The notes under the pieces are model-generated. The model searched no databases. It was not told where the DNA came from and worked only from the letters and a program-made list of their open reading frames with translations. Shown here piece after piece: positions 1-12,090 of a DNA stretch of 61,367 bases. How positions within the stretch are numbered: position 1 is the first letter of the stretch; every line of letters begins with the position of its first letter. A program made the position numbers and the translations under genes. The DNA is from Octopus bimaculoides (lineage: Eukaryota), in contig NC_068989.1 in NCBI RefSeq assembly GCF_001194135.2, forward strand, positions 84,565,415 through 84,626,781. The letters are read 5' to 3'.

Positions 1-506
1 GCACACATATACGGAACAATACTTACATAGTTGAAATGAAGGACAATGACATCACCTCCCCTAACTACACTAACCTCAGAGTGGCGACAGTGAGGGTGAT
101 GGTGGAAGTGGTAGTGCTGGTGGTGGTGGTGGCGGCGACGGTAGTAATAATGATGACCGTCATAGACTGGTCAGAGGTGGGAGGGGGCGCTCTAAGATTG
201 TTTAAGAATTGAACAACTAAAAAGTTAGTAAGCCTTCTATATCAATGTCTGTCATTCTTTCTATGTAATTCAGTGAAGCATAAGCGCCATTACACAATTA
301 CAATAATATTTCCCCCTCATTATATGACTGGTTCTAATGAAGGTTTTTCCTGTTACCTGGGGTGAGTTTTTTGTTTAGTAGCAATGTGTGTATGCTTATT
401 TATGAGTATCGTAGATATAGTTGGTGTAGAATAGGTTTATATGTGTGCATGTATTTTGCGTTGGGCAGTTTATTTATATGATATTGTTTTCGTATATCTA
501 TGTATC

Positions 507-887
507 GTGGCACTCCGTCGGTGCGACGACGAGGGTCCCAGTTGATCTGATCAACGGAACAGCCTGCTCGGGAAATTAACGTGCAAGTGGCTGAGCACTC
601 CACAGACACGTGTACCCTTAATGTAGTTCTGGGGGATATTCAGCGTGACACAGAGTGTGACAAGGCTGGCCCCTTTGAATTACAGGTACAACAGAAATAG
701 GAAGTAAGAGTAAGAGAAAGTTGTGGTGAAAGAGTACAGCAGGATTCACCACCATCCCCTGCCGGAGCCTCGTGGAGCTTTAGGTGTTTTCGCTCAATAA
801 ACACTCACAACGCCTGGTCTGGGAATCGAAACCGCGATCCTATGACCACAAGTCCGCTGCCCTGACCACTGGGCCATTGCGTCTCCA
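507..887 (-). mobile_element. tRNA-derived SINE family A, full length
   Basis: Minus-strand head with A box TGGCCCAGTGG and B box GGTTTCGATTCC; near-identical copies at 15377 and 37019. Confidence 0.9.
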
Positions 888-1554
888 ATATATCTTTTAC
901 TTGTTTCTGTCATCAGACATGCAGGCTTTCTTTTTTTTCGTTGCTTTGGTCTGGTATTTATTTTGGTCTCTTTTGCTGAACTGCTAAGCTACAAGGGCAT
1001 AAACAAACCAACACCATTGTCAGGTGGGGTGGGGTGGAGGAGAGCGCAGAGACGCACATGTACACATGCATACATGCAATGGGGCTTCTACACAGTTTCT
1101 GTCTACCAGATTCACCTACAAAGCTTTAGATAGCTTGGAGCTCTAGAAGAAGGTGTTGCATAGTGGGACCAAATCCACACACGTGTGTGTGTGTGTGTGT
1201 CTGCATGCATATGTGTGTGTGTTCTCCACCCCACTTAATAATCGGTGTTGGTTTGTTTACATCCCTGTGACTAAGGAGGTCAGCGAAAGAGACTGACAGG
1301 ATAAATAATAGACTTAATAGAAGAACATAAGTACTCAGGTAGATTTGTTTGACTAAAACTCTTCAAGGTGATGCCCCAGTATGGCCCACAGTCAGTGACT
1401 GAGTGGAAGGTAAATGGTAATAGTAAGATGAAATAAAGTACCAGTTACGTATTCGGGGTTTATATGATTGACAGCTCTTTTAAACTGCCATTTTCTTATT
1501 GCTCTCTCTCTCTATATATATATGTATATATTTATCTGTCTATTTATCTATCTA

Positions 1555-1596
<42 letters not shown>

Positions 1597-2459
1597 AACA
1601 CACACTGTATTTTCCAGCATGCAAGTGGGTATTCTATGTAGGGTAAACATTCAAACATCGTCTCTATCTTTCCAAATCTTGATGCATTTCACATGAAATC
1701 TTTGGTCCTCCAAACTCATGTCAGTGCACAAGTCAACTGACCTTTCTTCTTCTTGTTATTAAACAGCAGTTTGGTAGAACCCCTATTGACTTTGTGGTAT
1801 TTCAAATGTCATAATGACATTCATAGAACCCTTAATAGAGCCCCTGTCCAGAACGCAGCTATGCCTACCTATCCGATAGATAATTTATCAATATCCTCAC
1901 ACAAGTGATTGTGTCATTTCACTTATAACAATTACAATGGAAAGTTAATTAGGTTTCGTACAACTTTCGACTGCAACACCAAATGCACCTCTATGATCTC
2001 AAGGTGTGTGTTAGTGAGTGCAGAATTGGTTGTTTTCTCTGGGGTTTTTTTTCTTTCTTTTTTTGTTTTATTTAGGCTGTGTACAATTATGTTAGTGTAC
2101 CACCTCACTTTATCATTGTTGTTTCTGATGCTAGTTTAGTTCTTTTAGTATTTTTTTTGAGCAGAGAATGTGTTACATGAGTTGTACCTCTTCATTGATT
2201 AGTGACCGTGTACAGTTCAAACTTTGTGTTGTGCTATATCACTGGGTCACAATCGTGTAGAGTGTATGTTGTGGAAGTTTGATGTTATTATAGTGTCGAA
2301 CAGTGATTATGTAGGTTTTGTTCTATGTAAGTGTTTCGTTTCTGATTCAGTGGTTGCCATATTCGGTGTGCGTTCTATGAGTTGTGTTATGTATTTTAAT
2401 CTGAGATATTATTGTGTACAGTATGTAATGTTTAAGTTGCATTATTTTCATTCTTCTAA

Positions 2460-3134
2460 GGCAGCGCACAGGCAGAACTGTTTACAAAATTCTTAGCAAC
2501 ATTTTGTCTCTCTTTACGTTCTGATTTCAATTTCCACCGAGGTTGACTTAGCCTTTCATCCTTTCAGGGTTAATGAAATAAGTACCAGTTGTGTACTGGG
2601 GTCGATGTAATCAACTCACCCCCTCCCCACAGAATTTCACGTTTTGTGCCTATAAAAGTAAACATTGTTATTATTATTTTCAACTCCTTATGTTCTGAGT
2701 TCAAATCCTTTCAGGGTTGATAGAGTAAGTACCAGTTGAGTACCAGTGTTGATGTAATCAGGCAGCGCCCTTCCCCTAAACTTTTAAGCCTTGTGCCTAT
2801 AGTAGAAAGGTTTTTTTTTTTTTTTTTTNNNNNNNNNNNNNNNNNNNNNNNNNNNNNNNNNNNNNNNNNNNNNNNNNNNNNNNNNNNNNNNNNNNNNNNN
2901 NNNNNNNNNNNNNNNNNNNNNNNNNNNNNNNNNNNNNNNNNTAGCATGCCAGGGAGAAATGCTTAGTGGTATTTTGTCTGCCGCTACGTTCTGAGTTCAA
3001 ATTCCACCGAGGTCAACTTTGCCTTTCATCCTTTCGGGGTCGATAAATTAAATACCAGTGAAACACTGGGGTTGATGTAATCGACTAGCCCCCACTTCCC
3101 CAAAACGGCTGCCCTTGTGGCAAAATTTAAAACC

Positions 3135-3166
<32 letters not shown>

Positions 3167-3790
3167 GGTGTTTGTGACACTTTATGAACACTTTCCTCTG
3201 CCTGAGAGTAATGAATAATAGAATTAACACAAACAATGGCATAAATTAGGACAGAACTACAGGTGATGGACTTTCACCCAGCAGGTGCCCTGTGTGTGAG
3301 CAGCACAGGTCCAGTTGTCATTATACACTTATTAGAACAAAATGGACCAAGACAATAAATACAGCTGTCATGGAATGCTATTTTCTGAGTAGAAGTATCT
3401 GGGTGTTTTGGAATATGACAAAAATTAAGGAAATTGAAATGAAGGAAAGCTTTAGGCGAATTATTATTATTATTATTAATATATTATTATTAAAGCATTG
3501 AGCTGGTGGAATTGTTGGTGTGCTAGACAAAATGCTAAGTGGCATTTCTTCTGGCTTTCTCCCTCAAAATTGCTGACCTTCTGCTGAAATTTGGGACAAT
3601 TATTTTGGCACGCCATGCAAAATGCTTAGCAGCATTTCATCTGTTTTTACGTTCTGAGTTCCAATTCCTCCAAGGTCTACTTAGCCTTTCATTCTTTCAG
3701 GGTCAATAAATTAAGTACCAGATGAGTGGCACCTTCCCTCAAAGTTACAGGTCTTGTTCCTATAGTAGAAAGGATTATTATTATTATTAC
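2460..3790 (+). mobile_element. Cluster of ~5 SINE family C copies (ggcgagctggcagaatcgttagc...gcctttcatcctttcggggtcgataaa...(ATT)n)
   Basis: The tRNA-like head and the conserved central block gcctttcatcctttcggggtcgataaattaagtaccag repeat at ~2460, 2700, 2942, 3500, 3600. The block resembles, from memory, the conserved domain of Meta/Sauria-type SINEs. Confidence 0.85.
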
Positions 3791-3809
3791 CATTACCATT
3801 ATTATTATT

Positions 3810-4089
3810 GAGTGAGAGAGCAGTGCCTGCCATCAAAGTGACATTGGGGTAAAATATACGAAGCCCATTATACCCATCATGGCTACCCGTCTGATAAGGG
3901 TACACCAGGCACATGCATCACAACCATATGTGCATGACATACTGATCTCATATCAAGATAAACAGCGCATGACCTAGCAGGTGGGGCCCAGTTAGAATTT
4001 TCTTCAGGTCGAGTAGCCCATCCCACTCAAAAGGTCCCTGAATAAGGGTTGTTTAAGGATGTTGAACAAAAACACCCATGTTTCCAGAG
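3810..4089 (+). mobile_element. Unclassified interspersed repeat family F (runs into a gap)
   Basis: agtgagagagcagtgc...catcaaagtgacattggggtaaaatatacg...; reverse-complement copies at 6340-7197. Confidence 0.8.
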
Positions 4090-4683
4090 NNNNNNNNNNN
4101 NNNNNNNNNNNNNNNNNNNNNNNNNNNNNNNNNNNNNNNNNNNNNNNNNNNNNNNNNNNNNNNNNNNNNNNNNNNNNNNNNNNNNNNNNNNNNNNNNNNN
4201 NNNNNNNNNNNNNNNNNNNNNNNNNNNNNNNNNNNNNNNNNNNNNNNNNNNNNNNNNNNNNNNNNNNNNNNNNNNNNNNNNNNNNNNNNTTATTATTATT
4301 ATTATTATTTTATGTTTGACTTTTGCTTTGCATTTGTACAAGTTGGATCCAAGTCTCACCCAGAGACCTCAAGAGACAACAAGTTAGAAGTTCATGTAGG
4401 TGTTATGCCTAGGGTACCATATATTTGGATTTGTACAGTTTTGTTCAAGTGAATGTTTAAGAAACCATAAGAAAATTATGTTTGCTTTAAAATTTGAGAT
4501 CACATAGACAGTATTTTACGTAGGATATGGGCAGTTCCCATGAGCACTATCTTTTGGACTTCAGCCATTTTGGGGTTTCCTGGTATCTGAGCTAGGTAGT
4601 AATCAGCCCGTTTGGCTGTCATTCCCATTATTATTATTATTATTGTTATTATTATTAACATTTTGCTCTTAACTGCTTCCAGA

Positions 4684-4800
4684 ATGGATGAGGATGACTA
4701 TAAAAGTGCCAGCGATGTGGAGGTTGACAGTGATAATGATGATCATGATGCTGAACATGAACTGGGCAATTGGTTAGGACAGTTTGATTCCCACAAAATG
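4684..4800 (+). CDS. RAPH1: Coding exon of an MRL-family adaptor (lamellipodin/RAPH1, RIAM/APBB1IP, MIG-10/Pico-like), N-terminal acidic/talin-binding segment
   Basis: Acceptor ...gctcttaactgcttccAG at 4681-4682, exon starts 4683, ATG at 4684, 39 open codons, donor GTAAGT at 4801 (phase 0). Peptide DSDNDDHDAEHELGNWLGQFD aligns ungapped with human lamellipodin DSDKEDQDLDKMFGAWLGELD (recalled from memory; 10/21 identical, including G-x-W-L-G-x-x-D). Family call is more secure than orthology. Confidence 0.7.
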
Positions 4801-5268
4801 GTAAGTCTTTTTCTTTATAGTTTCTCCATCTCCTACAGACTCGACTATATAACAAAGGAACCTTTTCCCTTTGGTAAATATAAACACACACACAAAGACG
4901 TCTCTTCATATATTTGCAACTCTCTTTTTCTCTCTTTTTCTCTCTCTCTCCACACACACGCACACACACGCTGTCTGTTTACCTTTCTTTCTATCTACAT
5001 ATCTGTTTACTCCACAACATCTCTACCAATGCATTTATCTCCATTTTGTATGTGTGTATATATCTTTCTCTGTATTAATGTATTGAAGTAATGTATTGTC
5101 ATATATATATATATATTATAAGGTTTTTAACTTTTAAATTTTCATATTCAAAAGAGACATAGACTTCAAACTCGATATATNNNNNNNNNNGACATAGACT
5201 TCAAACTCGATATATCGATTTATTCACCACTCTATATGCTATATTGGTAACGGTTGCTACATCCTCTG

Positions 5269-5305
<37 letters not shown>

Positions 5306-5609
5306 CCCTATATGCGTGTGAGTGTATGTCACCTTCCCGAGTTCATTGTGTAAACTACCCAGGCCTGGGTCTGTGTCTACAGGCGGTCGAATGAGCTTTC
5401 GGAATTATGGAAATACACACCAAGACTGCAAAGTCTTAAGACGTGGAACAAACTGCAGACATAAATGGAACGGGAAACAAGTTATGCAAGGGAGATAACT
5501 GTGTTATCTTGTTTTCTTTTTGAATGGCTAAGATACGTCATCCAAGTTTTTTAAAAAGAATCTTTTTAATTAAATCTTAACAGGTCATGCGCGCGCGCGC
5601 ACACACACG

Positions 5610-5658
<49 letters not shown>

Positions 5659-6164
5659 GTTACAGATTTGAAAGAAATTGTGTTTGAATTGTGGTATAAT
5701 GAATTGAAAACATTTATACACGTGAAAAATATAGTATTTTTTAAAATAATAATTTGTAAAATTATATACATATTGTGTGTGTGCGTGTGTATATAAATAC
5801 ATATATATTTATATGTCTAATATATATATATGCAGTAATGTGGTTGTTGGAATATAGCCATGCTGGAGCACTCCTTTGAAGAGTGTAGTTAATGAAATCA
5901 ACACCCTTATTTTATTACAATGTTTTTGCCAAACTGCTAAGTTGCAAGGAGACAGATACAAACCAGCACTGGTTGTCAGGCACATGTGTGTACATGTGCA
6001 CACACACATGTTAGTCTTCTGCAGTGTGATTGAACCTGAAACTGCATAATTACAAAGCAAACTTCCTAACTACTCGGCCATGCCAGTACCATGACCACAT
6101 CTGCAGAGTTGTAACCCTTTCTATTTTAATATATCATCATCATCATCATCATCATCTATGGCCT

Positions 6165-6320
6165 GAAATTTTGGTTGAGTGGGGATAGTCGATTACATCG
6201 ATCCCCAAAAGGACCCTGAAAGGTAAACTGAACCACAGCAGAATTTGAACTCAGAGCCTAAAGTCGGAAGAAATGTCGCTAAGCATTTTGCCCCGTGTGC
6301 TAACGATTCTGCCAACTGAC
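6165..6320 (-). mobile_element. SINE family C (deleted)
   Basis: Reverse complement of the C head and partial body. Confidence 0.75.
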
Positions 6321-6339
6321 TGGAAGTGTTATCATGTAC

Positions 6340-7197
6340 ATTGTTTTGTCTTGGTATAAAAAGATCGGCTACAGCAAATATTCTGCTTAATACCACAGAT
6401 TTGCTTGTCAGTTGTTTGACCGTAACCAGTTGAGCATGTCCCTTATTGGCTGACAATACCTGCATCTCTGATCATGAGCAGAAGTAGTGGGGGATCATCA
6501 TGGCCATATGTTGAGAGGAATTCTTTGGGGTTTGAATAATTCACCTCTGGAAACATGGGTGTTTTGCTCAATATCCTTAAACAAACCTTATTCAGGGACC
6601 TTTTGAGCAGAATGGGCTACTTGACCTGAAGAAAATTCTAACTGGGCCCCACCTGCAAGGTCATGCGCTGTTTATCTTGATATGAGATCTTTAGGGTTTG
6701 GATAGTTCACCCCTAGAAACATGGGTGTTTTGTTCATCATCCTTAACCCATTAAGTCCCACTGTCCTATAAATAGGATGCTAAATGAGAACATTAAATAA
6801 GCTATATCACATTGTCTCAGTGTCCTATTTATAGGACACCAAGTATTTCCATTTCTACTTGAAGTGAAGGAGTTTTAATGATTATTGTTTTCATTTTAAC
6901 CTATTTTCAATTATTTTAAAAAATCTAAAAGTAATATTCAGAAATTTAAGTACTCTGGGACTTAATGGGTTAAACAACCCTTATTCAGGGACCTTTTGAG
7001 CAAGATGGGCTACTTGACCTGAGGAAAATTCTAACAGGGCCCCACCTTGCAAGGTCATGTGCTGTTTATCTTGATATGAGATCACCATGTCACGCACATA
7101 TGGTTGTGATGCATGTACCTGGTGTACCCTTATCAGACAGATAGTCATGATGGGTATACTGGACTTCGTATATTTTACCCCAGTGTCACTTTAATGG
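6340..7197 (-). mobile_element. Family F with a ~140-bp internal tandem duplication and a piggyBac MITE insertion
   Basis: Segment 6548-6690 is repeated at 6714-7083 around the MITE. Confidence 0.8.
6747..6969. mobile_element. piggyBac-type MITE
   Basis: TTAA TSD at 6743-6746 and 6970-6973; TIR CCCATTAAGTCCCA / TGGGACTTAATGGG. The uninterrupted host site ccTTAAacaa is seen at ~6575. Confidence 0.92.
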
Positions 7198-7550
7198 CAA
7201 TAATAATAATAATAATAATAATAGTAGTAGTAGTAGTAGTAGTAATAAACCCATTGTTTACTAAGCAGTATTACAGCAATCATTCAATGTCTGAATTACA
7301 GAACTGCAGACAGACAGACAGACAATATTAACTGGTTCTCTGCAACTGTTTCATGTTGTTATGTCTGAAAGAAATTGTGTTTTGTAGTAATGCGGGTAAC
7401 TTAATACATATGTAAGTCTATCTGAGTCCTGTCTGTGTATCTGTGTCGCTTTGTCCCTCTGCACTGAAACTGTGCACACCAATAAAATTGTATCATGCAC
7501 ATAAAACTATACGCAGATGCTGCTCATGTTATAGTTTGGGGCTAAGTCGT

Positions 7551-7624
<74 letters not shown>

Positions 7625-7654
7625 GTTATTATTATTATTATTATTATTAATGCA

Positions 7655-7838
7655 TCGAACTGGCAGAATCGTTAGCCCGCAGTGTTTCGCCCGTCGCTAC
7701 ATTTTGAGTTCAGATTCCGCCGAGGTCAACTTTGCCTTTCATCCTTTCAGGGTCGATGAAATAAATACCAGTGAAACATTGGGGTCGATGTCATCAACTT
7801 AATCCCCTCCCCCAAGCTGCCCTTGTGGCAAAAATTTG

Positions 7839-7869
<31 letters not shown>

Positions 7870-9000
7870 TATTATTACTATTATTATTATTATTATTATT
7901 ANNNNNNNNNNNNNNNNNNNNNNNNNNNNNNNNNNNNNNNNNNNNNNNNNNNNNNNNNNNNNNNNNNNNNNNNNNNNNNNNNNNNNNNNNNNNNNNNNNN
8001 NNNNNNNNNNNNNNNNNNNNNNNNNNNNNNNNNNNNNNNNNNNNNNNNNNNNNNNNNNNNNNNNNNNNNNNNNNNNNNNNNNNNNNNNNNNNNNNNNNNN
8101 NNNNNNNNNNNNNNNNNNNNNNNNNNNNNNNNNNNNNNNNNNNNNNNNNNNNNNNNNNNNNNNNNNNNNNNNNNNNNNNNNNNNNNNNNNNNNNNNNNNN
8201 NNNNNNNNNNNNNNNNNNNNNNNNNNNNNNNNNNNNNNNNNNNNNNNNNNNNNNNNNNNNNNNNNNNNNNNNNNNNNNNNNNNNNNNNNNNNNNNNNNNN
8301 NNNNNNNNNNNNNNNNNNNNNNNNNNNNNNNNNNNNNNNNNNNNNNNNNNNNNNNNNNNNNNNNNNNNNNNNNNNNNNNNNNNNNNNNNNNNNNNNNNNN
8401 NNNNNNNNNNNNNNNNNNNNNNNNNNNNNNNNNNNNNNNNNNNNNNNNNNNNNNNNNNNNNNNNNNNNAGAGCAGTCGAGTTAATTTCAGATATTCTCAT
8501 TTTAAAAATCATCTCTGGTCTAATCGTTGAGAGAACGTTGGTGCTGCCTTGGCGAGGTTTGCTCTCTCCGAGTGCTCTTGTTATTATTATTATTATTCGT
8601 CTATCCTTACATTCTGAGTTCAAGTTCTTATTTCTTTATTGCCCTCAAGGGGCTAAACATAGAGGGGACATACAAGGAGATTAAGTCGATTTCATCGACC
8701 CCAGTGCGTAACTGGTACTTAATTTATCAACCCCGAAAGGATGAAAGGCAAAGTCGACCTCTGCGGAATTTGAACTCAGAACGCAATGGCAGACGAAATA
8801 CCGCTAAGCATTTCGCCCGGCGTGCTAACGGTGCTGCCAGCTCGCAGCCTTTCTGAGTTCAAGTTCTGCCTAGGCTGACATTGGCTTTCATCCTTTCGGA
8901 ATCGATGAAATAAGTACCAGTTATGCACTGGGGGTCAATGTAATTGACTATCCCTTCATCCAAAATTTCAGGCCTTGTGCCTATGGTTGTAGGGATTATT
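7655..9000. mobile_element. SINE family C copies: 7655-7845 (+), 8605-8845 (-), 8850-9000 (+)
   Basis: Match the C consensus; the interval includes a gap. Confidence 0.85.
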
Positions 9001-9246
9001 TGTTGTAGTGGTGGTGGAGGCAGTAGTTACTAGGTTGGTTTCAGTATAAAGTGCTTACTTTTAGTGACTTGTGTGCATGCATGTGTGCACATGTGTGTGT
9101 GTAAGTGCCCATATTTATATAAACTTTTAAAGCTGTGCTAAACGCTAAGCTACATAAACCCCTACATGGACACATACATGCTCACGCAGATATATATATA
9201 TGCAGGAAATACACAAGCATTGACACATATAAACATACACATATAA

Positions 9247-9305
<59 letters not shown>

Positions 9306-9639
9306 ATGACACAAAATACAAATTGGTACACACACACAGAGCGAACGAGGATGGATATTATGAAGAGACTACAAAGACCGGGGGGGAATTGTGCACATGC
9401 ATGTGTGTGTGTGTGCGCACACGTGTGCACGTGTGGTGCATGCATGTTTATGTGTAAGAACGTGTGCGAGTGAGGTTATACGGTTGTGTCTGCATGATGT
9501 CTTCTTTCTGAGGAGACAAAACGCTAATAGATTTTACAGGCACACATTTACACTCCGACATCCTTCACGTTCACCATCATCATCTTATAGTTGCTTTATC
9601 ATAATGTGGTCCGTCACCCTGCCTTTCTCAAGTTTGTGT

Positions 9640-9640
9640 T

Positions 9641-9677
<37 letters not shown>

Positions 9678-9705
9678 TATATGAGTTGATCTGCACGTAC
9701 ATGTA

Positions 9706-9756
<51 letters not shown>

Positions 9757-9769
9757 GTATATATGTATA

Positions 9770-9800
<31 letters not shown>

Positions 9801-9831
9801 GTGTGTATATATATGTGTGTGTGTGTATATA

Positions 9832-9862
<31 letters not shown>

Positions 9863-9975
9863 GTGTGTATATATATATGTGTGTGTGTGTGTACATATGT
9901 GTGTGTGTGTGTATATATACGTGTGTGTGTATATATATATATGTGTGTGTGTGTGTGTATATGTATATAATTTTA
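9640..9975. repeat. Compound (TG)n/(TA)n microsatellite, representative of many (e.g. 23440-24030, 30260-30560, 30950-31330, 40690-40860, 61120-61367)
   Basis: Directly visible simple repeats; they account for most low-complexity ORFs in the track. Confidence 0.95.
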
Positions 9976-10698
9976 TATGTGGCTTGCACTGCAGGATCCT
10001 CCCTCCCTCNNNNNNNNNNNNNNNNNNNNNNNNNNNNNNNNNNNNNNNNNNNNNNNNNNNNNNNNCTCAGCAGTTGACTGACAATCACAATAAGATCATC
10101 ACCTTCCTACAGAATTGCTCCTCCACCACCACCACCACCACCGCTACCATCACCGTCACCATCACCACCAGGAGCGCTACACAACATTGATGCTGCCAAG
10201 AAACGCCCAGGTTATTTTGGCTCATGCATTAGCATGCATTTTTGTCCCTCCATTACCCTTGCTGCTATTCTACCAAATTGGGTGCCAACGTAACCATTCT
10301 AACCATTCTCTGTTGATGCAATCTGAAGATTCTTTTGTTCTCAACCCTTTGTCTTTCTGTCACCTGTCCTGGCCATATTCTGTGAAGAAATATGCTCTAC
10401 TTAGTTCTCCAGTTCAGTAAGCGCTACTCTGTTGTTCTAAGTCCAATATTCGTCAGGTTGGACATCATCGTTTAAATGTCCGTTTTTCCATGCTTGTATG
10501 GGTTAGACGGAATTTGTTAAGTCAGATTTCCTACAGCTGGAGGCTCATCCTGTTGTCAACCCTTACTTGGTTCGAAGCAAGGTAATATTTATCCATGGCT
10601 AAACATGCTTTTGTGGAATATTTCCAAATGAATGGTGCTCGTTTGCAACAGTGAGCAATGTCAAAATAATGAGACACAAACATACACTCCTACTTAAA

Positions 10699-10737
<39 letters not shown>

Positions 10738-10739
<2 letters not shown>

Positions 10740-11125
10740 CCGTAGCTGTGTGGTAAGAAGCTGCCTTCCCAACCACATGGCTCCGGGTTTAATCCCACTA
10801 TGTGTGCCTTGTGAATGGATTTGGTAGACAGAAACTGAAAGAAGCCCATCATATATGTGTGTGTTTGTATACATGTATATCATTGTGCGTGTGTTTTTGT
10901 GTCTGTGTTTGTCTCCCACCCTCACTTGATAACCTGTGTTGGTTTGTTTACAACCTCATAACTTAGCAGCTTTGCTAAAGAGATCGATAGAAGAAGTATC
11001 AGGCCTTAAAAAAGAAAAACAAAGTACAGGAGTTTCATTTTTATTTTATCTAGTTTAGAAATTCTTCAACAAAGCGATGCCCCAGCATGGCCGCAGTCTT
11101 ATGACTGAAACAAGTAAAAGATAAA
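10738..11125 (+). mobile_element. SINE family D (tRNA-like head, ccttgggcaagtgtctt CORE-like motif, internal TA/TG microsatellite, ...gactgaaacaagtaaaagag tail)
   Basis: Most abundant family in the window, with more than 20 full or partial copies. Decayed copies lie at ~895-1410, 5830-6075, 16850-16985, 18790-18960, 19350-19505, 28430-28540. Confidence 0.85.
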
Positions 11126-11197
11126 AAAATATTCATACAAAGATAAATCTAAGTAGCTGTGTAGTAAAAACAGTAGAATACAGGTTTTGCTGTAGAG

Positions 11198-11553
11198 TAA
11201 TGGTTCCAAAAGTGGGCGGTATTGATCCCCCTGGGGGCAGTATTGACACCCCTGGGGGCGGTATTGATCCCCCTGGGGGCGGTGGAAAGTTCCAAGGGGG
11301 TATTGAAGAAATGTGGGGTGATAATGGGGTAGTGATTCATGTAAAAATTGGGACGATAATGGGGTAGCAATTCATGTAAAAACAACAAAATAATGGCTTC
11401 ATTAGGTTAAGTTTTATTTGTGAAATACAGTTGCTTTGAATTTGCTTTAGAAAGAAGTCTATGTTTGTGATGGTTAGATGAAGTGGGGGGGGTTGTTAGG
11501 AATGTGGCCTGGGTGTCAAGGGGGCAGCAGCTCGAAAAGTTTGGTAACCACTG
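11198..11553. mobile_element. hAT (Charlie/Buster-like) MITE with an internal 21-bp tandem repeat
   Basis: TIR taatggttccaaaa / tttggtaaccactg (CAGTGG-type); 8-bp TSD-like ctgtagag / ttatagag; 3 x 21 bp at 11217-11279. Confidence 0.75.
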
Positions 11554-11779
11554 TTATAGAGTATAAGTCCTGCTCCTGTGTTCAAATCCTGCTTAAGGTA
11601 GTTTTTATTTTTTTTATTTCACCATTTATGAGAAATTACGTGTTCGTAATATTCTGGGCCTGCCTACATATTTGTGGTCTTGTATAAATGCAACGTACCA
11701 TAGTTGATGGCATAAAAGATGTATGGGCATGTTTGATGTACCCCAAAATCAGCAGTGCAGAGTAAAGAAAAAAAGGGTT

Positions 11780-12014
11780 GGTAATTTTTCAGATTAACAC
11801 CCACACGATTACCTAACTCTAAAACCCTAAACTTAACCCTAACACACACCCTAATCCTAGACCCTAACCCTAACCCTAAAACCCTAACCCTAAAACCCTA
11901 ACCCTAAAACCCTAACCCTAACCCTAAAACCCTAACCCAGACCCTAAAACCCTAACCATAACATTAACCCTAACCCTAACGAAAATCGTGCGGGTGTTAA
12001 TCTGAAAAATTACC
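11780..12014. mobile_element. Merlin-type MITE filled with telomere-like repeats
   Basis: 31-bp TIR GGTAATTTTTCAGATTAACACCC(A/G)CACGATT (30/31), perfect 8-bp TSD AAAGGGTT (11772-11779, 12015-12022), interior of CCCTAA/CCCTAAAA units. Confidence 0.85.
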
Positions 12015-12090
12015 AAAGGGTTTTAGTGCCCTAAGTAAAGCTTATGAGAGGCCTTTCACATTCAGAATGAGGGGTGATTAGTATTTATCT

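Noticed and set aside
27-130. Minus-strand exon ending at a GTAAGT donor (pos ~26)
   Set aside because: The reading frame is mostly a CAC/CCA microsatellite, with no recognisable product or good acceptor.
810-887. tRNA genes at SINE heads (also ~12092, 19230, 21273, 26306)
   Set aside because: They have A/B boxes but no complete acceptor stem, and each continues into a repeated SINE body.
5156-5215. 25-bp direct repeat around a 10-N gap
   Set aside because: A typical unmerged contig overlap; assembly artefact.
9585-10190. Long ORFs rich in YIYI/CVCV/HTHT/IIII, and ORFs spanning X runs throughout the track
   Set aside because: They are translations of microsatellites or N gaps, with no coding signal.
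10113-10210. Possible proline-rich exon (IAPPPPPPPPLPSPSPSPPGALHNIDAAKKRP), attractive for an MRL protein
   Set aside because: It is built on a (CCA)n microsatellite common in this window. The donor GTTATT is weak and the phase does not match the phase-0 donor at 4801.
11811-11983. True telomere or chromosome-fusion site
   Set aside because: The short degenerate tract is enclosed by TIRs and a TSD, has one orientation only, and lies mid-scaffold.
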